Source: Flavobacteriales bacterium (lineage in GTDB: Bacteria > Bacteroidota > Bacteroidia > Palsa-965). From it: a stretch of DNA of 64,000 bases. Below the pieces are notes generated by a model that was not told the origin of the DNA, made no database searches, and was given only the letters and a program-made list of their open reading frames with translations. This document shows positions 10,135 to 20,199 of the stretch, piece after piece. How positions within the stretch are numbered: position 1 is the stretch's first letter; each line of letters starts with the position of its first letter. Location of the stretch: contig JBEIPA010000002.1 of the NCBI GenBank assembly GCA_040377305.1, forward strand, positions 128,001 through 192,000, given 5' to 3'. A program made the translations under genes and the position numbers.

Positions 10135-10156
10135 ATACCTATATACATATAGGTAT
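10135..10156. promoter_or_regulatory. Palindrome in the divergent topA/miaB region, possible operator
   Basis: ATACCTATAT-AC-ATATAGGTAT, perfect 10-bp arms. Confidence 0.4.
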
Positions 10157-10181
10157 GTTTTTTCGGTTATAAATCTGTCAA

Positions 10182-10212
10182 TTTGTCAGGCCCAGTGTTT
10201 TTGGTAACTTTG
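10182..10212 (+). promoter_or_regulatory. Bacteroidota housekeeping promoter (-33 TTTG / -7 TAnnTTTG) for the miaB operon
   Basis: TTTG at 10182-10185, 19-nt spacer, TAACTTTG at 10205-10212, 37 nt before the miaB ATG. Confidence 0.75.
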
Positions 10213-10249
10213 TTGTCCTTTTTGAGAACATTTTGGGAAAAACGGACCG

Positions 10250-11677
10250 ATGGAAGAAAAAGTAATCGATGAAAGCCGACAAGGTGAAGCGCTGATGGTG
10301 GATGCGCCCGTACAGAGTACGCGCAAGTTGTACCTGGAGAGTTATGGCTGTGCGATGAATTTTTCCGACAGTGAAATCGTTGCTTCTATTCTGAAGAATG
10401 AAGGATTTTCAACCACAAAAGATTTCAAAGAGGCCGATGTAATTTTCGTTAATACCTGTGCAATTCGTGAGGGTGCTGAACAGAAAGTTCGCTTTCGTCT
10501 GAACGAATTCAAGCAATCGAAAAGAAGAAATCCGGGATTGATCGTTGGCGTTCTTGGTTGCATGGCTGAACGTTTGAAAGAACAATTTCTTGACCAGGAA
10601 AAAATCGTTGACATCGTTGTTGGCCCGGATGCATATCGTGATTTACCGAACCTGATTGCGAAAGTAGAAGGCGGACAAAAAGCAGTGAATGTTCTTCTGT
10701 CGAAAGAAGAAACTTACGCAGATATAACACCAGTTCGTCTCGACTCCAATGGAGTTAGCGGATTCATCAGCATCATGCGCGGATGCGACAACATGTGTTC
10801 GTTCTGCGTAGTCCCATTTACTCGTGGGCGTGAACGTTCACGCGATCCGGAAAGCATTGTGAAAGAAGCGAAAGAGCTATTTGAAATGGGTTATCGCGAA
10901 GTCACATTGCTTGGACAAAATGTTGATTCGTACATCTACGCTGGTGGCGGACTTAAGAAGGAAATTCTCACCGAAGAACAGCGGGCGAATGCAACTTCCT
11001 TTGCACAATTGCTCGAAATGGTTGCCAATGTTCATCCTGATTTACGTGTTCGCTACAGCACATCTAATCCTCGTGATATGACGGATGATGTGTTGCACGT
11101 GATGGCGAAGTATGATAACATCTGCAAGTACGTTCACCTGCCTGTGCAGTGCGGAAGTTCGCGCGTGCTCGGAGTAATGAATCGTGGATACACGCGTGAA
11201 GAATACATGGACCGTGTGAATGCGATCAAGCGTATTATTCCTGATTGTGGAATTTCTTCGGATATTATTACCGGTTTCTGTACAGAGACGGAAGAAGATC
11301 ACCAGGAAACTTTGTCGCTTATGGAATGGGTTGGCTTTGATTTCTCGTACATGTACGCGTATTCAGAGCGCCCGAAAACATACGCGGAAAGAAATTTGAC
11401 CGATGATGTTCCGGAAGAAGTGAAACACCGTAGACTGAGAGAAGTAATTGCGGTGCAACAGAATCTCACGAAGGAAAAAATAAAATCGGGTGTTGGAAAA
11501 GTACATCGCGTTCTGATAGAACATGAGTCGAAAAAATCGGCGGACATGTGGACAGGAAGAAATTCGCAGAACAATGTTGTTGTGTTTCCGAAAGGGAATT
11601 ACAAGAAAGGTGAATATGCGAATGTCCTGGCGGAGAGTTGCACGATAACGACTTTGATTGGAAAAGCGATTGGTTAA
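10250..11677 (+). CDS. miaB: tRNA-2-methylthio-N6-dimethylallyladenosine synthase MiaB
   Basis: [25 protein letters not shown] (UPF0004); radical [11 protein letters not shown]; C-terminal TRAM domain. Confidence 0.97.
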   Translation: MEEKVIDESRQGEALMVDAPVQSTRKLYLESYGCAMNFSDSEIVASILKNEGFSTTKDFKEADVIFVNTCAIREGAEQKVRFRLNEFKQSKRRNPGLIVGVLGCMAERLKEQFLDQEKIVDIVVGPDAYRDLPNLIAKVEGGQKAVNVLLSKEETYADITPVRLDSNGVSGFISIMRGCDNMCSFCVVPFTRGRERSRDPESIVKEAKELFEMGYREVTLLGQNVDSYIYAGGGLKKEILTEEQRANATSFAQLLEMVANVHPDLRVRYSTSNPRDMTDDVLHVMAKYDNICKYVHLPVQCGSSRVLGVMNRGYTREEYMDRVNAIKRIIPDCGISSDIITGFCTETEEDHQETLSLMEWVGFDFSYMYAYSERPKTYAERNLTDDVPEEVKHRRLREVIAVQQNLTKEKIKSGVGKVHRVLIEHESKKSADMWTGRNSQNNVVVFPKGNYKKGEYANVLAESCTITTLIGKAIG

Positions 11678-11745
11678 TTTCGGACTAGTTGTTGACCGAG
11701 GCTTGAAATTAGTAGTGTGCGAATTAGTTAATTAGTTGATTCTAG

Positions 11746-13017
11746 ATGACCATACAAGACATAAAACAACGCTTCGGCATTATCGGTACAACACCGCAAC
11801 TGGATCGTGCGATTGATATTGCTGTGCAGGTTGCTCCAACGGATCTGGCCGTGCTGATCACAGGTGAAAGCGGAACGGGCAAAGAAGTTTTTCCGCAAAT
11901 CATTCACCAGAATTCGGCGAAGAAGCATGGGCAATATATTGCTGTAAACTGCGGTGCTATTCCGGAAGGAACGATTGATTCGGAATTATTCGGTCACGAA
12001 AAGGGATCGTTTACCGGTGCGAATGAAGCGCGTAAAGGATATTTCGAAGTTGCAGATGGCGGAACTATTTTCCTGGATGAAATTGCGGAAATGCCCATGG
12101 CCACTCAGGCGCGACTGCTTCGTGTATTGGAATCGGGTGAGTTCATTCGCGTTGGTTCTTCGAAAGTTCAGAAGACCAGTGTGCGCATTGTTGCTGCTAC
12201 GAATGTTAATATTCCTGAAGCAATTGGAAGAGGCAAGTTTCGTGAGGATCTTTACTATCGCTTGAATACCGTTCCGATTTCGTTGCCGCCATTGCGCGAT
12301 CGAAGACAAGACATTCACATGTTGTTTCGCAAATTCGCTGCGGACTTCGCTTCGAAATACAGAATGCCTGTGATCAAACTTACTACTGATGCCGAGCGAA
12401 TTCTTACCGGTTATTACTGGCATGGTAATATTCGCCAGCTGAAAAATGTAACGGAGCAGGTTTCCATCATTGAGAAAGCAAGAGAGATTGATGCTGAAAC
12501 GCTGAAGAAATATTTGCCGGATGTAGACAAAGCAATGTCCGGCGTACCAATGCTGGCACGTAATGCGCATACGGGTAATGAGGCACAGGAAAGAGATTTT
12601 CTATTCCAGCTTTTGCAACAGATGCGGACTGAGCTGAACGATGTTAAGGCGTTGACCATGTCCTTGATTCAGAATGGTGGAAGGATTACTCCGGAGATGG
12701 TGTCTCAAAACAGCGGTGTTCTTCAGAAACACTTTGCCGGCTATGGCGATTCGGGAACAAGAAATGAGGAACGAACTGTGGGGAACGGGGAAGACGCAAT
12801 TGTCATCCACAATCCGACCTGGCAGAATGGAAACGAAGAAATTGTTCAGCCCGAAGAAGTGACAGAAGATTCGTTGAGTTTAATGGACAAAGAAATTGAG
12901 CTGATCACGAAAGCGCTTGACAAACATCGCGGCAAAAGAAAAAATGCTGCGAAAGAACTCGGTATTTCGGAACGAACATTGTACAGAAAGATCAACGAAT
13001 ACAACATCAAAGGATGA
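11746..13017 (+). CDS. Sigma54-interacting AAA+ activator with Fis-type HTH and no N-terminal sensor domain
   Basis: GESGTGKE Walker A, ELFGHEKGSFTGA, FLDEI, FREDLYYRLN, WHGNIRQLKN, C-terminal AAKELGISERTLYRK. Confidence 0.93.
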   Translation: MTIQDIKQRFGIIGTTPQLDRAIDIAVQVAPTDLAVLITGESGTGKEVFPQIIHQNSAKKHGQYIAVNCGAIPEGTIDSELFGHEKGSFTGANEARKGYFEVADGGTIFLDEIAEMPMATQARLLRVLESGEFIRVGSSKVQKTSVRIVAATNVNIPEAIGRGKFREDLYYRLNTVPISLPPLRDRRQDIHMLFRKFAADFASKYRMPVIKLTTDAERILTGYYWHGNIRQLKNVTEQVSIIEKAREIDAETLKKYLPDVDKAMSGVPMLARNAHTGNEAQERDFLFQLLQQMRTELNDVKALTMSLIQNGGRITPEMVSQNSGVLQKHFAGYGDSGTRNEERTVGNGEDAIVIHNPTWQNGNEEIVQPEEVTEDSLSLMDKEIELITKALDKHRGKRKNAAKELGISERTLYRKINEYNIKG

Positions 13018-13547
13018 GCCGTTCGATAACCCTGAAGCTGCTATTGTTTGCGATTCCTATTCTGTTGATTTTACAATCGAGCAGATGCAAGGTGTCGTAT
13101 GGTCATTCTCCAGGTGAAAAAACGCTACCGGACAGTGCAACAATCATGGTGTCGCAGTTCACGAACTCAGCACCGCTAGCGAAACCCACAATCACGCAAA
13201 CGATGACAGAGTCGCTTCGTGATTTTATTCAGCGTCAGACCAACTACTCCTTGGTAACAGATGAAGCCGATGTAATTTTCGAAGGAGAAATTGTTGCTTA
13301 TGCCGTTACGCCAGTTTCGATTGTGGCAGGAACCACTGATCAGGCTGCATTAAACCGATTAACAATCACGGTAAAAGTGAAGTATACCAATTCATTCAAT
13401 GAACTCCAGAATTTCGAATCGAATTTCTCTCGCTTTGCAGATTTTCCAAGTACACAGGATATTTCAGCTGTTGAAGATGCTTTGATTAAGGAGATTTCTG
13501 ATCAGATCACACAAGACATCATCAATAAGTCTATTTTCGCCTGGTAG
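13014..13547 (+). CDS. lptE: LptE-like lipoprotein
   Basis: Signal peptide with Cys; TMTESLRDFI, FEGEIVAY, NRLTITVKVKY, ISDQITQDIINK; ATGA overlap with the upstream gene. Confidence 0.75.
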   Translation: MSRSITLKLLLFAIPILLILQSSRCKVSYGHSPGEKTLPDSATIMVSQFTNSAPLAKPTITQTMTESLRDFIQRQTNYSLVTDEADVIFEGEIVAYAVTPVSIVAGTTDQAALNRLTITVKVKYTNSFNELQNFESNFSRFADFPSTQDISAVEDALIKEISDQITQDIINKSIFAW

Positions 13548-13548
13548 A

Positions 13549-14790
13549 ATGAACGCTCAGCAATTTCTTACATGGATGCGGAATCCGGGAACCACTTCCC
13601 GCGAAGAGAGTGCGCAATTAGATGCGTTGCTTGATTCGTTTCCGTATTTCCAGTCGGGACATTTGCTGTACATCAAGAACCTTCATAATCAGGGAAGCTT
13701 TCTTTACAACAATCAGTTAAAGACAGCGGCTGCTTATGCGGTGAATAGGAAAGTGTTGTACAACTTGATCACTCTCAAGTCGACAGACGACAGACGACAG
13801 ACGGGAGTTGAGATGAAAGCTGTAGAAGTAAAAGTTGAAGAAGTAACCAAGCCGGAAGAACAGATTTCTATTCCTCCGAAGTTTCCTACGAAGCGGTTTA
13901 CGAGTAATCCGGATGAATGGGAAGCGGGAATGCTGAGGCAGTTGCAGTTGTTGCATCATTGGCAAAAGGCGACAGACGAAAGACGGGAGACGGGAGAAAA
14001 CAGTGCGCAGTTGCCAGTGCATAATACGCCGGTACAGAAAGAAGAAGTTAAGTTGGAGGAAACTCAAACTCCTAAACTTCCTGATGCGAAGGAAGAGATC
14101 AATACTTTGCTTTATGTTCTAGTTGAGCCTGGACAATCGGAAGATTTGAGTGAAGAAACAACGGAAGAAATTTCTTCTGAAGTGGTGAGTGAAGAAAGCG
14201 AAAGTACACAGTGGGAAGTTTCTTCCTTGACCGATGAAACGGAAGAAACATTAGCTCCGATTGCTGTGCCGACGGATTTAGTACAACAGGAAATTATGGT
14301 GGAAGCGATTCATTCCTCTTTCGAATTGGAAGTGGATGATAAGATTCCGTCTGTTGAAGAAATGAAGCCATTCCGTTTGGATCCGATTGAGGAAACCACA
14401 ACAACTTCAGAAGAGAAATCGAAGGAAGAAGTTGTAGTTACGGGAATGGAGATGTCGTTCTCACAGTGGGTACAGGAGGTGAACAAAAAAGTTCCTTCTG
14501 TGTTGCCTAAAACTGCGCTTTCGACAGACTCGTTGGTGGAGCAATTTATCAAGGATGAGCCCCGCCTGAACGTCAAAAAATCGGGCTTCTACAACCCGGT
14601 GAACATGGCCAAGAAGTCCGTTCAGGAGTCGGACGAGTTCGTAACTGAAACATTAGCAAGGATTTACGCAAAGCAAGGGAATCATTTCAAGGCGATCCGT
14701 GCTTACCAGAAGTTAAGTTTGAAATTCCCGGAAAAAACCGCTTACTTTGCAGCCCTCATTGAGGAATTGAAAAGAACACCGAATAAATAG
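13549..14790 (+). CDS. Conserved hypothetical protein with acidic central linker and C-terminal TPR-like helix pair
   Basis: N-terminal [13 protein letters not shown]-terminal [34 protein letters not shown]; sits between lptE and secG. Confidence 0.8.
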   Translation: MNAQQFLTWMRNPGTTSREESAQLDALLDSFPYFQSGHLLYIKNLHNQGSFLYNNQLKTAAAYAVNRKVLYNLITLKSTDDRRQTGVEMKAVEVKVEEVTKPEEQISIPPKFPTKRFTSNPDEWEAGMLRQLQLLHHWQKATDERRETGENSAQLPVHNTPVQKEEVKLEETQTPKLPDAKEEINTLLYVLVEPGQSEDLSEETTEEISSEVVSEESESTQWEVSSLTDETEETLAPIAVPTDLVQQEIMVEAIHSSFELEVDDKIPSVEEMKPFRLDPIEETTTTSEEKSKEEVVVTGMEMSFSQWVQEVNKKVPSVLPKTALSTDSLVEQFIKDEPRLNVKKSGFYNPVNMAKKSVQESDEFVTETLARIYAKQGNHFKAIRAYQKLSLKFPEKTAYFAALIEELKRTPNK

Positions 14791-14798
14791 ATATTCAA

Positions 14799-15155
14799 AT
14801 GGTTGCGATTATTTCTATCCTGATTTTTATTTCCTGCTGCCTGCTTGTACTGGCGGTATTGATTCAGAACCCTAAAGGTGGCGGACTTGCATCCGGCTTT
14901 CAAGCGGGATCACAAGTGATGGGCGTACGCCGCACTGCAGATTTCCTTGAGAAAGCTACGTGGACACTCGCAGTAGCTATCCTTGTTCTCAGCGTAGTTT
15001 CTACTACTTTGAGTAAGAGCCAAGGGACCGGCACAGAAACTGAATCGTCTGCAACAAAAGATAAAGCAACTGATATGGAGCCAACCAACAACGCGGTTCC
15101 TGCACCAGGTGTTACACCTCCTCCGACAGCTCAACCTGCTCCGGGCGGAAACTAA
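14799..15155 (+). CDS. secG: Preprotein translocase subunit SecG
   Basis: [15 protein letters not shown]...[10 protein letters not shown]; two TM segments. Confidence 0.95.
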   Translation: MVAIISILIFISCCLLVLAVLIQNPKGGGLASGFQAGSQVMGVRRTADFLEKATWTLAVAILVLSVVSTTLSKSQGTGTETESSATKDKATDMEPTNNAVPAPGVTPPPTAQPAPGGN

Positions 15156-15178
15156 CTGAAATTGACTACGCAAGAAAT

Positions 15179-15213
15179 GTCAGGATGTCACAACAATCCT
15201 GACTTTTTTGTTT
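15179..15213 (+). terminator. Intrinsic terminator after secG
   Basis: GTCAGGAT-GTCACAACA-ATCCTGAC then TTTTTTGTTT. Confidence 0.65.
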
Positions 15214-15253
15214 GGGAGCATTGGAAAACTGAAAATTTGTCTCTCTCTTTTCA

Positions 15254-15269
15254 TTGGCAAACTTCTTGA
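15254..15269 (+). promoter_or_regulatory. Putative sigma54 -24/-12 promoter for groES-groEL
   Basis: TTGGCAAACTTCTTGA: GG-N10-GA, matching TGGCA-N6-TTG; the -12 C is replaced by A. Confidence 0.5.
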
Positions 15270-15318
15270 GCAGTAGTAGCGACACGTAATTACGTCTAAT
15301 CACACAAATAATAGAACA

Positions 15319-15597
15319 ATGGGCAAAGTGAACATTACACCTCTCGCAGATCGCGTAGTTGTTGAAGCAGCTGCAGCGGAAGAAAAAACGGCAGGAGGAA
15401 TTATTATTCCCGATACTGCTAAAGAAAAGCCACAGCGCGGTAAAGTTGTCGCAGCTGGTCCTGGCAAAAAAGATGAGCCTACAACCGTGAAAGTAGGTGA
15501 TACAATTCTTTACGGAAAGTATGCCGGCACTGAAATTCAGGTTGACGGAAAAGATTACCTCATCATGAGAGAGTCTGATATTTTCGCAATTATTTAA
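15319..15597 (+). CDS. groES: Co-chaperonin GroES
   Basis: [38 protein letters not shown]. Confidence 0.99.
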   Translation: MGKVNITPLADRVVVEAAAAEEKTAGGIIIPDTAKEKPQRGKVVAAGPGKKDEPTTVKVGDTILYGKYAGTEIQVDGKDYLIMRESDIFAII

Positions 15598-15607
15598 TTC
15601 ACATTAA

Positions 15608-17248
<1,641 letters not shown>

Positions 17249-17313
17249 CAGTCAGTAGGCGATAGTAAATAGGCGATAGTATTAGCCGATCTCCGTTCGC
17301 TTAAATAATCACG

Positions 17314-17355
17314 ATAGTCCCGATTTTCAACAGAAGATCGGGACTATTCCATTTT
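17314..17355 (+). terminator. Hairpin/terminator after groEL
   Basis: ATAGTCCCGATTTTC-AACA-GAAGATCGGGACTAT followed by a T-rich run. Confidence 0.7.
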
Positions 17356-17415
17356 ATTGCCACAATGGCTTATTTACTATCCCCACCGGACTATGTGTTA
17401 TCTTTACGCCGCCAC

Positions 17416-17598
17416 ATGTCAAAGCTTCGTAAGATTTCGCTCATTGGAATCGCTGTTGTTGTTCTTGCAACCATCGGTTTGAAAATCGCGGGAATATATC
17501 CCGGGATTGTTGCAGTGCACGCTCTACCGTTTTGCATGATGTTGATTATCGACCTCACCCGCAAAAAGGAGAAGAAGAATGAGAAGCCGCAGGAATAA
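17416..17598 (+). CDS. Small (60 aa) two-TM membrane protein
   Basis: MSKLRKISLIGIAVVVLATIG...PFCMMLIIDLTRKKEKK; start moved to ATG 17416, just after a TATCTTTA -7-like element; overlaps the next gene. Confidence 0.55.
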   Translation: MSKLRKISLIGIAVVVLATIGLKIAGIYPGIVAVHALPFCMMLIIDLTRKKEKKNEKPQE

Positions 17599-18448
17599 AA
17601 TTATTTTGATATTAATCCTGATTTCGGGAGCATCATTCGCACAAAGTGATTCATCGAACGTGCGAGGTTACAGAGGCGGTTGTAAGCCCGTTGTGAGTAA
17701 AGGTTCGTTCTATTTTGCGTTCGGTTACAACAAAGATTGGTATTCAACTTCTGATTTGCGCATTCATGATGAGTCGGGAGATTACGATTTTACAATTCAT
17801 GATATGAAGGCGTATGATCGTCCGCACTTCAATGAGCTTTTCAAAGTCGCACTATCTATTCCGCAGTATGGTTACCGAATTGGTTATTGGTTTCCGAATT
17901 CTCACTTCGGTGCAGAGATTAAGTTCGATCACGCAAAATACATTGTGGCACCTGATCAGTATGCACGTGTCGAAGGCAAGATCAACGACTCGTATGTTGA
18001 TACGCAAATGGTGATCACTCATGATTTTCTTCACCTCGAACATACTGATGGGGCGAATTTCTTAATGATGAATGGAATGTACCGTTCGCTACTGAGAAAG
18101 CCCGGAAGATTTTTCTCATTCTACGGTGAGGCGAAAATCGGATTCGGCATGGTCGTTCCGCGCTCAGATGTTACGTTATTCGGACAACGCTGGAATCATT
18201 GTTTTCACGTTGCAGGATGGATTGCGGGTGTGGAAACTGGCGTACGAATTGAAATACTCAAGTACTTTTTTATAGAGCCATCTATTAAAGGATGTTATGC
18301 GAACTTCAAAAATGTACTTGCAGTTGATGACGTTTTGATCAGCCATCGTTTCTGGACTGGAATGGTGCTACTTGATGCTGGATTCCAGTTTCCGCTTGGT
18401 AAGGGTCGAAACAAACAACCGCGTGTGACTGCTCAACCAGGCTGGTAG
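17579..18448 (+). CDS. Hypothetical outer-membrane beta-barrel protein
   Basis: Signal peptide ending SFA-Q; alternating aromatic beta strands (FYFAFGYN, YGYRIGYWF, LDAGFQF). Confidence 0.65.
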   Translation: MRSRRNKIILILILISGASFAQSDSSNVRGYRGGCKPVVSKGSFYFAFGYNKDWYSTSDLRIHDESGDYDFTIHDMKAYDRPHFNELFKVALSIPQYGYRIGYWFPNSHFGAEIKFDHAKYIVAPDQYARVEGKINDSYVDTQMVITHDFLHLEHTDGANFLMMNGMYRSLLRKPGRFFSFYGEAKIGFGMVVPRSDVTLFGQRWNHCFHVAGWIAGVETGVRIEILKYFFIEPSIKGCYANFKNVLAVDDVLISHRFWTGMVLLDAGFQFPLGKGRNKQPRVTAQPGW

Positions 18449-18510
18449 ATAATATAATACCTCACTTTCGCGTTTCAAAATAAACCGTATTTTTAAGAAA
18501 GTTCGCGCCA

Positions 18511-18825
18511 ATGAAGATATTAGTGATAGACAAGATTCTCCCGACAGCTACCGAGGAGAATATCCGCGGAGTAGTAATCCGTGACGCAATGCATACCTGG
18601 GTTTTGTACACGAAAGATGTGGTGCGCGAGATTTATTTCCGAAAAGACCGTCCGGGCGTAGTGATGGTTCTGGAATGCCCGTCAGTTGAAGATGCTAAAA
18701 CACTACTCAAAACCTTTCCAATGGTGAAAGCGGGAGTGGTTGACTTTGATATTATCCCTTTGGGACACTTCGTTCCGTTCGGCACCCTGCTCGATCAGTC
18801 ATTATTAACTTCCATGGCTGAATAA
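18511..18825 (+). CDS. Small dimeric alpha+beta barrel protein, muconolactone isomerase/YCII-like
   Basis: W.LY..DVVREIYFRKDRPGVVMVLEC.SVEDAK.LL.TFPMV..G...FDIIPL pattern. Confidence 0.55.
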   Translation: MKILVIDKILPTATEENIRGVVIRDAMHTWVLYTKDVVREIYFRKDRPGVVMVLECPSVEDAKTLLKTFPMVKAGVVDFDIIPLGHFVPFGTLLDQSLLTSMAE

Positions 18826-18849
18826 TGAACGGGTAAGAATCAGGATAAG

Positions 18850-18883
18850 CGGATTTGATTTCACACAAATCCGATTTATTTTT
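18850..18883 (+). terminator. Probable intrinsic terminator
   Basis: CGGATTTG-ATTTCACA-CAAATCCG then ATTTATTTTT. Confidence 0.55.
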
Positions 18884-18912
18884 ACTTACAATTCTAACTT
18901 AAACAAAACCAA

Positions 18913-19509
18913 ATGAAAAAACTCTACACGACAATTATTTGCTTGCTCGGTATGTCTGCGATCGGATTCGCGCAGTGCACTATCACTTCAACTACAATTA
19001 CTCCAAACGGTTTGACGATCAACGTTACCGGAACCGGCACTGGTGCTGTATTCCCTGGCTACGGCTGGGATTGGGGTGATGCAACAGCGTTCGGCTTACA
19101 ACAGACTACCTCACATACGTATGCGTCAGCGGGAACTTATAACGTTTGTATGTATTATGTAGATATTACAGACACCTCATGCCAGGATATCGATTGCCAG
19201 AGCGTAACTGTTGCAGCTGTTGGAATCAACGAAGCAAACGGTGGTGTGAGCACCATCTCCGCTGCACCAAATCCATTCGGTGCTACAACAACTTTCAATG
19301 TTAGCCTTGCAAAAAATGCCGACGTAGAAATTACTGTGTACGACGTAACAGGACAGAAAGTTGAAACTGTGAAAGACGAACAAATGAGCGCGGGCGACCA
19401 CGCGATTGTTTGGACACCTGCAACGCTTGCTGACGGAGTTTACTTCGTGCAGATGGTGATTGACGGAAACACAACTACGAAGCGTATCGTTCACACTACA
19501 GGGAAGTAA
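18913..19509 (+). CDS. Small T9SS type A substrate with one PKD domain
   Basis: Signal peptide; PKD WDWGD...SHTYASAGTYNV; CTD APNPF...VYDVTGQKV...GVYFV...TKRIV. Confidence 0.85.
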   Translation: MKKLYTTIICLLGMSAIGFAQCTITSTTITPNGLTINVTGTGTGAVFPGYGWDWGDATAFGLQQTTSHTYASAGTYNVCMYYVDITDTSCQDIDCQSVTVAAVGINEANGGVSTISAAPNPFGATTTFNVSLAKNADVEITVYDVTGQKVETVKDEQMSAGDHAIVWTPATLADGVYFVQMVIDGNTTTKRIVHTTGK

Positions 19510-19528
19510 TAATTAGTTATTGAAAAGG

Positions 19529-19562
19529 AAATCCCGTAGCGAGAGCTGCGGGATTTTTTTTG
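19529..19562. terminator. Bidirectional intrinsic terminator
   Basis: AAATCCCGTAGC-GAGA-GCTGCGGGATTT with a long T run on + and TTTCCTTTT on -. Confidence 0.8.
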
Positions 19563-19592
19563 TTCGTCGGTATAAAGAGGCCCATAAGTTTA

Positions 19593-19750
19593 TTAAGTGT
19601 GTTCCGATCAAACTAATCCTGACGACTTTGCGGCAAAGCAAAGTGTCAGGATTAGTTTTTATATATGCGCAATGCGCATATATAAAAACTAAGCGTCCGG
19701 CCACACACCGGCCGGACGCAACACACAAACACAATTTACAACACACTTAA
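19593..19750. other. 158-bp element with 11-bp terminal inverted repeats and three internal hairpins
   Basis: TTAAGTGTGTT (19593-19603) / AACACACTTAA (19740-19750); hairpins at 19610-19658, 19652-19692 and 19693-19719. Confidence 0.55.
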
Positions 19751-20193
19751 CCCTTGCTAAGCAAGTCCTTCACTATCGCGGAGATAATCTTGCCATCAGC
19801 TTTTCCAGCAAATTTTTTCGTTGCGGCGCCCATTACTTTTCCCATGTCGGCAGCGGATGTTGCTCCTAATTCGCTGATCAGATTCTGAACTTCAGTTCTG
19901 ATCTCTGCTTCATCCATCTGCTTCGGGAGGTACGCTTCAATTACACCTGCCTGGAACAATTCTACATCGGCCAGATCTTTACGATTCTGTGTTACGTAAA
20001 TTTCAGCCGATTCTTTTCTCTTCTTTACTTCCTTCTGCAACGCTTTCATTGCAGAATCTTCAGTTAATCCTTCCGGTGAAGTTTTTAAAAGCAACACCGC
20101 AGATTTTATCGCGCGAATTGCTTCCAGCCTTGGTTGGTCTTTCGCCAACATTGCTGTCTTCATATCGCTGTTTATTTTTTCTTCGATTCCCAT
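19747..20193 (-). CDS. yqeY: GatB/YqeY domain protein
   Basis: DMKTAMLAKD..RLEAIRAIKS, YLPKQM, DMGKVMG, ADGKIIS; follows ftsZ. Confidence 0.92.
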   Translation of the reverse strand: MGIEEKINSDMKTAMLAKDQPRLEAIRAIKSAVLLLKTSPEGLTEDSAMKALQKEVKKRKESAEIYVTQNRKDLADVELFQAGVIEAYLPKQMDEAEIRTEVQNLISELGATSAADMGKVMGAATKKFAGKADGKIISAIVKDLLSKG

Positions 20194-20199
20194 TACCGA

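Noticed and set aside
19513-19750. Two 76-77 aa ORFs on opposite strands
   Set aside because: They run through terminators and palindromes and have no protein-like features.
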